Positions 18,235-26,251 of a stretch of DNA of 64,000 bases are shown in pieces. The stretch is from NCBI GenBank assembly GCA_965223705.1, contig OZ245015.1, positions 3,104,001-3,168,000 of the forward strand, written 5' to 3'. The DNA comes from Myxococcota bacterium (GTDB lineage: Bacteria > Myxococcota_A > UBA9160 > UBA6930). Position numbers and translations under genes: made by a program. Each line of letters begins with the position of its first letter. Within the stretch, counting starts at the first letter, position 1. The notes under the pieces are model-generated. The model was not told the origin of the DNA. It saw nothing but the letters and a program-made list of their open reading frames with translations, and searched no databases.

Positions 18235-19278
18235 CTACAAGATCCGGATCTCCTGGCCACCGCCCTTCAAGCGAATATCCGAAAACGCCGCACGCGCTGT
18301 CCGGTGTTGGAAGCTGCTCACACAGATCAACCAGATCGCGCGGATCGCGCCGGGGTGGTGCCCGAGCGCTTCCTCACAGTCGGCGAGCACGCGGCGCCGC
18401 TCCTCGCACCACGTTCCGAGATCAGCAACGCCGCTGCGCACACACCAATGCACTTCTCGGTAGTTCCAACTCCGAACCGGGCAACCGAAATGGTGCCCGG
18501 TGGGCAGACTCGAACTGAAGAACCACGTGAGATCGCGCCCGTTCTCGAATTCGCACGCGATCGACACGTAGTCGTGCGTCGCCACGCGGTCTTCGGCCAC
18601 GTCGCTCGGGAATTCGTCCACGCGCCAACGCCAGGACAGCTCCGCGTCGTCGGTCAGCGGAAATGAAACCGGTCGGCGGATGATGCCCTGATCGTTCTCG
18701 GAGTGGACGCGGATCGTCGGCCGCTCTTCGGAAGTGTCCGCCCGGTAGATGTCCGCGTGGCCGGTTTCGAACAGGTACTGCCAGCCCTCGGGCACTGGGA
18801 CCGGGTCAGCGAGGCGCGCGGCCTCCGCTCGAAGCGGCTCATGATCGAGCTCGCGCGCGAGGGCCACCACCGCCGCGGTCGGTTCGGCGGACCACACCAA
18901 GACGGTCACGTCGATCCCGCCACCCAGGCCTTCGTACGCGCTCTCCGGTGACGCCAAGACCCCGCGTTCGTTCGCCCAGAAGCCGTGGAGGAGGCTCAGA
19001 AACAAGCGACCCGACCCTTCGACGCGCCGGCTGGTGGTGTCCTGCGACGGGTTCCAGATCTGGCCTTCGGGACCGATTCGACCCCACAAGTGGTGCTTCG
19101 CGCCCGCCCACATCGGACGACCGCGGTGGGTCCACGTGACGCGGCCGCCGGCCAGGAGAGTGATCCACTGGCCGGGTACGAGAGAGATTCCGGAGTCCGT
19201 CCAGGGCGGCACCGATCCGGGGAGGTGAAGGCGCTTGACGCAGAGGAGGTCGGCTCCGGGCAGTGCCCGGGGAGCCAC
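18235..19278 (-). CDS. DUF3047-containing protein with an N-terminal beta-sandwich-like domain
   Basis: LSWRWRVD, ED...HDYVSIACEF, W.EERR...D; N-terminal PWTDSGISL...G.WITLLAGG. GTG 19278 follows GAGGAG. Confidence 0.75.
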   Translation of the reverse strand: MAPRALPGADLLCVKRLHLPGSVPPWTDSGISLVPGQWITLLAGGRVTWTHRGRPMWAGAKHHLWGRIGPEGQIWNPSQDTTSRRVEGSGRLFLSLLHGFWANERGVLASPESAYEGLGGGIDVTVLVWSAEPTAAVVALARELDHEPLRAEAARLADPVPVPEGWQYLFETGHADIYRADTSEERPTIRVHSENDQGIIRRPVSFPLTDDAELSWRWRVDEFPSDVAEDRVATHDYVSIACEFENGRDLTWFFSSSLPTGHHFGCPVRSWNYREVHWCVRSGVADLGTWCEERRRVLADCEEALGHHPGAIRAIWLICVSSFQHRTARAAFSDIRLKGGGQEIRIL

Positions 19279-19303
19279 ACCGAAGAGACTCTCCTCGGGC
19301 GGA

Positions 19304-20089
19304 CTAGGCGCCGACAAAGTTCGGCTTGCGCCGTTCCGCCGTCGCCTGAACGCCCTCTTTGTGATCTTGGGTCGACCACAAGCGGTTCTGTTCGGCTTTT
19401 TCGCGATCGGTGGCCCGACGGATGTCCTCCGCGAGATCACCGCGGAGGGTCTCTCGGATGGAGTCCACGGCGAGCGGTGCGGAGATCGCGATCTCCGTCG
19501 CGAAGGCCATCGCTTCATCGCGGATCTGGTCGGCAGCCACCAGGCGGTCGCAAAGCCCCATGGCTGCCGCCTCGTCTCCCTTCACACGTCGGCCGGTGTA
19601 CAGGAGATCCATCGCGTGCTGCTGACCGACGAGGCGCGGGAGCGTCACGCTGAGACCGAACCCATGGTGGAAGCCCAAGCGCGCGAAGTTCGCGGCGAAG
19701 CGCGATTCGGGAGAAGCGATCCGAAAATCGGGCATCAGCGCCAAGCCGAGCCCACCGCCGATCGCGGCCCCGTTGATCGCCGCCACCACCGGTGTGCGCG
19801 TGCTGAACAGGCGCACCGCCTCGTCGTACAGGTGGCGACCGGAGTCGTCCTCGACGCCGCGATCCTTGGACGCGAAGTTCGCTCCAGCGCAGAAGTTCTT
19901 TCCCTCCGCGCACAGGACGATCGCGCGACACCCGGGTTCCCCGTCGAGACCCTCAAACGCCGTCGCTAGGTCGGCGATCATCTGCTTGTCGAAAAAGTTG
20001 TGCGGTCCGCGGCGAATTTCGGCGGTGGCCACGAAGTCGTCGTTCAGCGTCACAGCGATGTCCCCGAAGACGCCGTATTCCCTACTCAT
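19304..20089 (-). CDS. Enoyl-CoA hydratase/isomerase (crotonase) family protein
   Basis: FCAGA, PVVAAINGAAIGGGLGLAL, FARLG, EGVQA..ERRKPNF; ATG 20089 follows GAGG. Confidence 0.93.
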   Translation of the reverse strand: MSREYGVFGDIAVTLNDDFVATAEIRRGPHNFFDKQMIADLATAFEGLDGEPGCRAIVLCAEGKNFCAGANFASKDRGVEDDSGRHLYDEAVRLFSTRTPVVAAINGAAIGGGLGLALMPDFRIASPESRFAANFARLGFHHGFGLSVTLPRLVGQQHAMDLLYTGRRVKGDEAAAMGLCDRLVAADQIRDEAMAFATEIAISAPLAVDSIRETLRGDLAEDIRRATDREKAEQNRLWSTQDHKEGVQATAERRKPNFVGA

Positions 20090-20112
20090 CCCTAAACCTC
20101 CCCTCGAAGTCT

Positions 20113-21090
20113 CTAGAACGTGTCGCAGCTGTTCGGCGTACCGTCTTTGAGGCCGCGGCGCAGCCACTCGACGCGTTGTTCCGACGAGCCGTGGGTGAAA
20201 CCTTCGGGCTGGACGCGGCCCGTCGTCTTCTGCTGAATCCGATCGTCGCCAATCGCGGCGGCGGCCGTCAGTCCTTCTTCGATGTCGCCCGGCTCGAGGA
20301 TGCCCTTGCGCGCCGCCGCGGCTCCCCATACGCCGGCGAGGCAATCCGCTTGGAGCTCCATCCGCACCGACAGCTGGTTGGCGTTGCGGGGGTTCGCTTT
20401 TTGAGCCTGGCGGACCTGAGGTTCGATTCCGGAGACTTTTTGCAGGTGGTGACCGATTTCGTGGGCCAACACGTACGCCTGAGCGAAATCGCCGGGTGCC
20501 CCGAAGCGCCGGTGCAAATCGTCGTAGAAGTCGAGGTCGATGTAGACCTTCTCGTCGGCCGGGCAGTAGAAGGGGCCCATTTGCGCGGCGGCGAATCCAC
20601 AGCCCGATCGGACCGCGTCGCGGAACAACACCAGCTTTGCGTCGCGGTAGTTCGGGTAGACCTCTCCCCACATTTCCTGGATGTCGTCGAGGACGAACGA
20701 AACAAAGTCGACCATGCGCTCTTCGTCCGGCGATCCCGCCGTGGCCCCCGGCGACACCCCGGTGCCGGGAAAACTCGGTCCGGAGCCGCTCGGGAACTGC
20801 GGTGCCGCGACGTCCGGCAAGCGCGGGATCTGCAGACCTTCGGGAAAGCCGGCGCCACCCGGGCTCCCCGCTCCCCCGCCGAAGATGTTTCCTCGGAAAA
20901 GGAAGAACAGGATCAGCATGATGATGATGCTGCCCAGGCTGAGCTTGGGCCGGGCGCGCATCCCGCCGCCACCTCCGCCGCCGCGCCCCATCGGGAACGG
21001 AAACGGGAATTGCATGCGGCCGCGACCGCCGGTTTCCGCGCGGCGGTCTTCCAGGTTCTCGCTTCGGCGTCGGCCGGGTTTCCAGCGCAT
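20113..21090 (-). CDS. ypfJ: Neutral zinc metallopeptidase, YpfJ family
   Basis: SENLEDRR, TM segment, GPFYCPAD..VYIDL.F, DFAQAYVLAHEIGHHLQ, ELQADCLAG, FTHGSSEQR. Confidence 0.93.
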   Translation of the reverse strand: MRWKPGRRRSENLEDRRAETGGRGRMQFPFPFPMGRGGGGGGGMRARPKLSLGSIIIMLILFFLFRGNIFGGGAGSPGGAGFPEGLQIPRLPDVAAPQFPSGSGPSFPGTGVSPGATAGSPDEERMVDFVSFVLDDIQEMWGEVYPNYRDAKLVLFRDAVRSGCGFAAAQMGPFYCPADEKVYIDLDFYDDLHRRFGAPGDFAQAYVLAHEIGHHLQKVSGIEPQVRQAQKANPRNANQLSVRMELQADCLAGVWGAAAARKGILEPGDIEEGLTAAAAIGDDRIQQKTTGRVQPEGFTHGSSEQRVEWLRRGLKDGTPNSCDTF

Positions 21091-21150
21091 AGGGGGCTCC
21101 TTCGAACGGGGAGGCAAGGTAGCCCATCGAAGTCGGTGCGGAGCCCTGGG

Positions 21151-21249
21151 TTAGTTCTGGCGCTCTGCCTTCTTCCGGCGCTGACGCCGCCGATGGCGTT
21201 GTTTATTCAGGTGTTTCTTTCTCTTTTGCTTGCTCTTGCTGCTCGCCAA
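21151..21249 (-). CDS. Unannotated 32-aa highly basic small protein
   Basis: GAGGAG-7 nt-TTG; MASSKSKQKRKKHLNKQRHRRRQRRKKAERQN*; 16/32 Lys+Arg; TACCCT -10-like hexamer upstream. Below the ORF-track cutoff. Confidence 0.7.
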   Translation of the reverse strand: MASSKSKQKRKKHLNKQRHRRRQRRKKAERQN

Positions 21250-21300
21250 GGCGGCACTCCTCAGGTCGTTTTCAGGGCGTCCGAGGGTAGGAGGCGGGCC

Positions 21301-21426
21301 TCAGCGCCGCCAGCTGATCTTTCGGAGTTCGTGCTTCCGAGTCCGCCGGTAGAGCCACACGCCGAGCCCCACGAGCAGAGCGATCTTGAGCAACGCGACG
21401 AGTCCGAGGATCGCGCTAGCGGGCAT
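21301..21426 (-). CDS. 41-aa single-pass membrane small protein
   Basis: MPASAILGLVALLKIALLVGLGVWLYRRTRKHELRKISWRR; TACGCT 6 nt upstream of the ATG (leaderless pattern). Confidence 0.5.
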   Translation of the reverse strand: MPASAILGLVALLKIALLVGLGVWLYRRTRKHELRKISWRR

Positions 21427-21539
21427 GTCGGGGAGCGTAGGGCGAGCCAACGCCCGCCGCGAGGCGGGTGTGATGGTCGTCACCGCGGTCTCCCGGGGTT
21501 GTTCCGACCCACCTGTTGCAACCCTCGATGAGGAGCGCC

Positions 21540-23360
21540 ATGCAAGCCCCCGAAGTCCTCCATGCGCCCTCCCCTGCGGGATCCCTGGCGCCGCTTCGCG
21601 GTGGACTGGCTCGGCGACCTGACGCGAAGCGCGACGGTCCCGCCAACGGAAAATCCGACGCGCCGCGACTTCGAGCGGTCGAAACGCCCGTCCTTCCGAA
21701 CCGCTACCGGACGGAGCGCTCGGGAAACGTCGGGTTCATTCGTTGCACCGAGGCGCCGACCCTCCGGGTGCGCGTCGAGCGCGACCGCTCGGTCCCCGCC
21801 GCCCAAGCGCGGTCGGCGAGTCCCGGAACGATCTTCCTCGACGGCGCGGCGCAGGGGGAGCCCTTCGCCGACCCGGCGCGCGCGGTCTACAACCTCGACC
21901 ACCACGAGGGTTGCGTGCGCGCTTTTACGTTGGCGACGTGCGAGCAGGCCATGGTGCTCGTCCGCAAGCGCCTGGATCTCGCGCGGCGCGACTGGACGCT
22001 GCACGCGAACGATGCGGACCTCGATGCGGTCCTCGCGATTTGGGTGTTGCTCAACCACTTGCGTCTCGCGGAAGACCCGGCTCTCCGGGCGGCGATCCTC
22101 CCGCTCCTGCGTCTGGAGGGCGCGATCGACGCTTGGGGACTCGAGTGCCGAGATCTCTGCGGGTTGTCGGAAGACGACATGGCTCGCGCCGACCGGCAGA
22201 TGTCGACCCTTCGCCGGCGCGAGATCGACGCGAAGTCCAGTGGGCGATGGGACAAGGTGGACCTCGCTTCCTTCATCGCCGATCGATTGCGGGAGATTGA
22301 TCGAATGGTCTACCGGGCCGCGGACTTTGAGGACGCGGTCGACGTCCGAGAGCTCGCGCGCTGCGAGCTCACGGGCGGTTCCGTCGCGGTGGTATGTCGC
22401 GCGAGCACGGGGATCTACGAAGTCGAACGCGAGTTGCGCCGCTATCACGGAGACCGTCTCGGTTTGATCGTCCTCCAGAAGGACAAGCGGAACTACAGCA
22501 TCCGCCAAGTGGATCCGTGCCTTCCGGTGGGGTTGGATCGCGTCTACGACCGTCTGAATCTCGTCGACGCGCGTTCCGGTGGAGCCGCGAGCGCCGATCG
22601 CTGGGGCGGGTCCACGGATATTGGAGGATCGCCGCGCGAAAACGGCACGGCGCTTTCGCCGCGCGAGATCGCGTTGGCCTGCCGCGACGCCCACCGGCGC
22701 ACCTTGGCGACGCGCCTGTCCGCGTTCGCCCGCAGCTTCGTCGCGCCGGCGGTGCTCCTCCCCGCGGTATGGCTCCTCGCTGAGTTCGCGTCTGCGTCCG
22801 TCCGACATCCGCTCGCGTTCTTGCTCGGCGCCTTCTTGTTCGCTCTCTCTGGCGGCGGGCTTCTCATCGCCGGCCATCGCCGGCCGGGCCTCTACGGACT
22901 CCGATCGCCCCACCGAACCGAGGGGCTTCTCATGGTCCCGCTGGCAGGCGCCATGGGCGCGGCGCTTGCGCTGCAGACGGATTTCGCTGCGGCGACCCCT
23001 TGGCCCACATGGCCCGTTGCGCTGGGCGTAGCCCTCGGGTTGTTCGGATGGGAATGCCTGTTTCGCGGGCTCGTGCACGGAACCCTGGCGTACGCGCACC
23101 ACATTCAGGTACCGGGCGGACGCCGGTTCATCTCCGGGCCGATGTGTGGATCCGCCGCGCTATCCGCGTCGCTCGCTACGGTGTTGGTCACCGCGCTCGG
23201 TCTGGCGCCCGCCCTGCCGACTCTCGGCGTCACCTTGCTGATGGGCCTCGTCGCGGGCTACGCGCGCGAGCGAAGCGGCAGTGTCCTGGTCGCCGGTTTG
23301 TGTAGCGTCGCCGCCGGAATTTCCTTCGCGGCCGGTCGCTTTTTGACCTTCGCCGGTTAG
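21540..23360 (+). CDS. Fusion protein: DHH-like phosphoesterase domain plus degenerate CPBP (Abi/CAAX) intramembrane domain
   Basis: ATG follows GAGGAG. IFLDG, NLDHHEG, ANDADLDAV, AID, WGGS..IGGSP, then multiple TM helices with WECLFRG and YARERSGS. Confidence 0.7.
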   Translation: MQAPEVLHAPSPAGSLAPLRGGLARRPDAKRDGPANGKSDAPRLRAVETPVLPNRYRTERSGNVGFIRCTEAPTLRVRVERDRSVPAAQARSASPGTIFLDGAAQGEPFADPARAVYNLDHHEGCVRAFTLATCEQAMVLVRKRLDLARRDWTLHANDADLDAVLAIWVLLNHLRLAEDPALRAAILPLLRLEGAIDAWGLECRDLCGLSEDDMARADRQMSTLRRREIDAKSSGRWDKVDLASFIADRLREIDRMVYRAADFEDAVDVRELARCELTGGSVAVVCRASTGIYEVERELRRYHGDRLGLIVLQKDKRNYSIRQVDPCLPVGLDRVYDRLNLVDARSGGAASADRWGGSTDIGGSPRENGTALSPREIALACRDAHRRTLATRLSAFARSFVAPAVLLPAVWLLAEFASASVRHPLAFLLGAFLFALSGGGLLIAGHRRPGLYGLRSPHRTEGLLMVPLAGAMGAALALQTDFAAATPWPTWPVALGVALGLFGWECLFRGLVHGTLAYAHHIQVPGGRRFISGPMCGSAALSASLATVLVTALGLAPALPTLGVTLLMGLVAGYARERSGSVLVAGLCSVAAGISFAAGRFLTFAG

Positions 23361-23369
23361 GGCGTTCGC

Positions 23370-23777
23370 CTAGGCGTCCGGCTCGCCCGGAGCGTCGCAC
23401 GGGCACGACTCGCACAGACGTCGGTTCATTCGGTGGGACGCGATCAAACCGACGGCTCCGATCGCCATGACGATCCTGCCCTGGGCGCTCTCTTCTCCGA
23501 TGGTGAACCCGAGAAGCACGACGCCGATGCCACAGGCGAACGCGGCGGCGATTCGCAGCAAGCCGTGCCGCTTGAGACCCCACAGCGCAGAAAGCAGCGC
23601 AATCACGACTGCGGCGCCGATGAAGGCGTATTCCACGCCCTCGGAGGCCAGGACCTGCAAGCCGACGAACGGCAGGATGCCCACGACAATGGGCAGGAGC
23701 AGGCAATGGATCGCGCACGCCGCGCTGAGCCACGCCCCCACCCGATCACTCCATGCACCCGTCCGCTCGAATTGCAT
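23370..23777 (-). CDS. MerC-domain membrane protein
   Basis: DRVGAWLSAACAIHCLLLP, four TM segments, GLKRH, SH..N, C-terminal CESCPC. Confidence 0.85.
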   Translation of the reverse strand: MQFERTGAWSDRVGAWLSAACAIHCLLLPIVVGILPFVGLQVLASEGVEYAFIGAAVVIALLSALWGLKRHGLLRIAAAFACGIGVVLLGFTIGEESAQGRIVMAIGAVGLIASHRMNRRLCESCPCDAPGEPDA

Positions 23778-23783
23778 CCGATT

Positions 23784-23849
23784 CGGTGTACGCCAGATGC
23801 CGGCCGGTGGCAATCACGGTGCACACCAGATGCCGGCGGGTGGCAATCA
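23784..23849. repeat. Tandem direct repeat, 2 x 33 bp (30/33 identical)
   Basis: cggtgtacgccagatgccggccggtggcaatca followed by cggtgcacaccagatgccggcgggtggcaatca; the second copy includes the upstream gene's stop codon. Confidence 0.9.
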
Positions 23850-24842
23850 GACCGCTTCGTCGAGGGCGACGCCCCCCCGTTCGAGTGCCGCGAGATACGT
23901 CGCGCGATCGACATTGCCGCCGGATAGGACGAGGCCGACCTGCTTCCCTCGCATTCGCTCTTTCTCACCGAAGAGTGCCGCCAACGGGGCAGCGCCGGCC
24001 CCTTCCGCGATGTTGTGGGTGTCGCGGAAATAGCTCGCCATCGCGAGCTCGATGGCGGCGTCGGTAACCGCAACGACGCGGGAAGCGCCGGCGAGGATCA
24101 CCTCGAGCGCGTCGGGGTGAGGAACACGCACCGCGAGCCCGTCGGCGAGCGTGTCGGGAAGCCCGGTCTCGACCGGCTTCCCCGCGTCAAAGGAGAGCGC
24201 GTAAGCGGGGGCGCCGTCCGCGACCACGCCGATCACTTCGGTGCGGAGCCCGAGGGCTTCTCGCGCCGCGAGGACGGAGCAGATCCCTGAGCCGAGACCG
24301 ATCGGAACATAGATTGCGTCGAGTGTGGGCGCGTCGGCGAACAACTCCATCGCGTAGCTCGCGACGCCGGAGAGTAGAGCCGCGTCGTAGGAGGGTACGA
24401 GGTGACCGCCGCTCCCGTCGGCGAGCTCACGGGCGTGGTCGTAGGCCTCCTGAAAATCGGCACCGAACTCGACGAGCTCCGCTCCGAACGCGCGCATCGC
24501 CGCATTCTTTTCGGGGTTGTTACCGTGCGGAACGACGATCCTGGCGCGGAGCCCGACGCGCCCCGCCGCCCAGGCGATGCTTTGACCGTGGTTGCCGCGG
24601 GTCGCGGCAACCACGGTCGAGACCTCCGGGTGTTCCCTGCGGAGCGACTCGAGGTACAGGAGGCCGCCACGGACTTTGAACGCTCCAATCGGCGTGTGGT
24701 TTTCGTGCTTCACGAAAACGGCGCACCCGCAGCGTTCGGAAAGCAACGGCCAGTTGCGGGTCGGCGTCGTGCCCATGACGTCTGCGACGCGCCCCGCCGC
24801 TCGTTCGAGTGTCGGCCTGTCGGGAAGTCCGCGCAATGACAT
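23847..24842 (-). CDS. PLP-dependent threonine/serine dehydratase family protein (no regulatory domain)
   Basis: KHENHTPIGAFKVRGG, ATRGNHGQ, PIGLGSG, TLADG, EGAGAA, SGGN. Confidence 0.92.
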   Translation of the reverse strand: MSLRGLPDRPTLERAAGRVADVMGTTPTRNWPLLSERCGCAVFVKHENHTPIGAFKVRGGLLYLESLRREHPEVSTVVAATRGNHGQSIAWAAGRVGLRARIVVPHGNNPEKNAAMRAFGAELVEFGADFQEAYDHARELADGSGGHLVPSYDAALLSGVASYAMELFADAPTLDAIYVPIGLGSGICSVLAAREALGLRTEVIGVVADGAPAYALSFDAGKPVETGLPDTLADGLAVRVPHPDALEVILAGASRVVAVTDAAIELAMASYFRDTHNIAEGAGAAPLAALFGEKERMRGKQVGLVLSGGNVDRATYLAALERGGVALDEAV

Positions 24843-24860
24843 GCGCGGACGGTACCCGCT

Positions 24861-25616
24861 CTAGAGACTCGGCGCCGCGTCGGCGGGGTCGCGAAACCGC
24901 CCCGGTACGACCCAGCCGCGGAACCGGTAGGAGAGGATGAGGACGATCATCCGGAGCCCGAGACGAAACGCGACCCAGTGGTTGCCGGTGACCGACGAGC
25001 TTCCGATTCGCTTCGTGTAATTGACCGGCACCTGCACGATCTTCATGCGCTTCAAAATGCTGAGCACCATCATCTCGGGACCGAAGAACGAACCGTTGAC
25101 CGTGAAATACGGTTCGATCCTTTCGAGGGCTTCGCGCCGGACGCAACGCATGGTGCAGCCGACGTCGGTCAGCGATGTCGTGTTGAACAACACTTCCATC
25201 AGCTTCGCTACCGCGTAGTTCCCCCACTTGAGGAAGAGGCCCATGTTGGCCCCTTCCCAAATGAGTTCCTTGACGGTGCGGCTTCCGTAGACGACTTCGA
25301 AGTCTTCGGCGAACGCCAGGAGCTTGCGCGTATCGCGCCCCCGGAACGTGCCGTCTGGCTCGGAAACGATGATGTAGTCCCCGGTCGCCTCCCGGAAGCC
25401 GCGCCGGATCGCCGCCCCGTAGCCCTGAATCGGCTCGAGCACTTCGCGGGCGCTGGTGTGCGCGACTTCCTCGCTCGTACCCGGCGCGGCGTTGTTGTTG
25501 ATGACGATGATCTCGTCGATCAGACCCGTCGCTTCAAATTCCTCGATCGACGCCCGGATCGATTCCTTCTCGTTGTAGGTCGGCAGAATGAGCGACACGC
25601 GTTCGCCACACCACAT
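24861..25616 (-). CDS. Glycosyltransferase family 2 (polyprenol-phosphate glycosyltransferase/DPM-like)
   Basis: ILPTYNE, GYGAAI, EPDG in place of DxD, GSR, LTDVGC, R.G.S; TGATG overlap with the upstream gene. Confidence 0.9.
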   Translation of the reverse strand: MWCGERVSLILPTYNEKESIRASIEEFEATGLIDEIIVINNNAAPGTSEEVAHTSAREVLEPIQGYGAAIRRGFREATGDYIIVSEPDGTFRGRDTRKLLAFAEDFEVVYGSRTVKELIWEGANMGLFLKWGNYAVAKLMEVLFNTTSLTDVGCTMRCVRREALERIEPYFTVNGSFFGPEMMVLSILKRMKIVQVPVNYTKRIGSSSVTGNHWVAFRLGLRMIVLILSYRFRGWVVPGRFRDPADAAPSL

Positions 25617-26251
25617 CAGCACACCTCCGCGACAACGTACATCTGCGCTGCCAAGGGCTTCCAGGGAGAATTGAGATAACTGCGCACGAGCCACGACCAT
25701 TTCGGCAGCCGGCTCTTCATGGAAAACGGAAGCAATCCGGGGACGAGCCGCGTCACTTCGAAGCCCTGCTTCTCGAGGAGCAATCGGATCGTACAATCGT
25801 CAAACGCGGTGCGGTGGGTCGGATCGTCGAAGTAGTGCTCCCTGCACAGTCGATAGTTCGGCTGAAGCAAGATGAGGCGACCACCCCGCGCGAGCACGGT
25901 GCGAACGCGCGTGAGTAGGACATCGACTTGGTCGGCCTCGAGGTGCTCGAGGAAGTTGCTCGCAAAGCACAGATCGATGCTCCGCGGGGCCATTCCCGGA
26001 AGCCGCACCGCGTCCCCCACGAAGAACCGGACCGTCGGCTCCGCGTGACCCGCCATGCGCGGGTTCAGGTCGAAGGCAGAGCGCTCGGCCGCAGGAAACG
26101 CGTTGATGAAATCGCAGTAGCCCGCGCCGAGCTCGAGTACGCGCTCAGCGCCCGGCGCGTCTCGCGCGACATAGCGGGCGATCTCCTGCCAGACACCACC
26201 CCGCGACCGCAGCTCGGGATAGAGCCCCCAGTACGAGGCCGATTCACTCAT
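25616..26251 (-). CDS. Class I SAM-dependent methyltransferase
   Basis: VLELGAGYCDFIN, ASNFLEHL, GGRLILLQPN, YFDDPTH, LPFS; ATGA overlap with the upstream gene. Confidence 0.9.
   Translation of the reverse strand: MSESASYWGLYPELRSRGGVWQEIARYVARDAPGAERVLELGAGYCDFINAFPAAERSAFDLNPRMAGHAEPTVRFFVGDAVRLPGMAPRSIDLCFASNFLEHLEADQVDVLLTRVRTVLARGGRLILLQPNYRLCREHYFDDPTHRTAFDDCTIRLLLEKQGFEVTRLVPGLLPFSMKSRLPKWSWLVRSYLNSPWKPLAAQMYVVAEVC

Noticed and set aside
20960..20985. GGC-type microrepeats in ypfJ and the RRM tail as phase-variable tracts
   Set aside because: In-frame Gly linkers typical of these families, using mixed codons.
23370..23777. Mercury resistance operon
   Set aside because: No merA, merR, merP or merT; stand-alone MerC-domain genes are common.
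14119..23849. The two 33-bp repeats as CRISPR remnants
   Set aside because: Units are directly adjacent with no spacers, there are only two copies each, the sequences are unrelated, and no cas genes are present.
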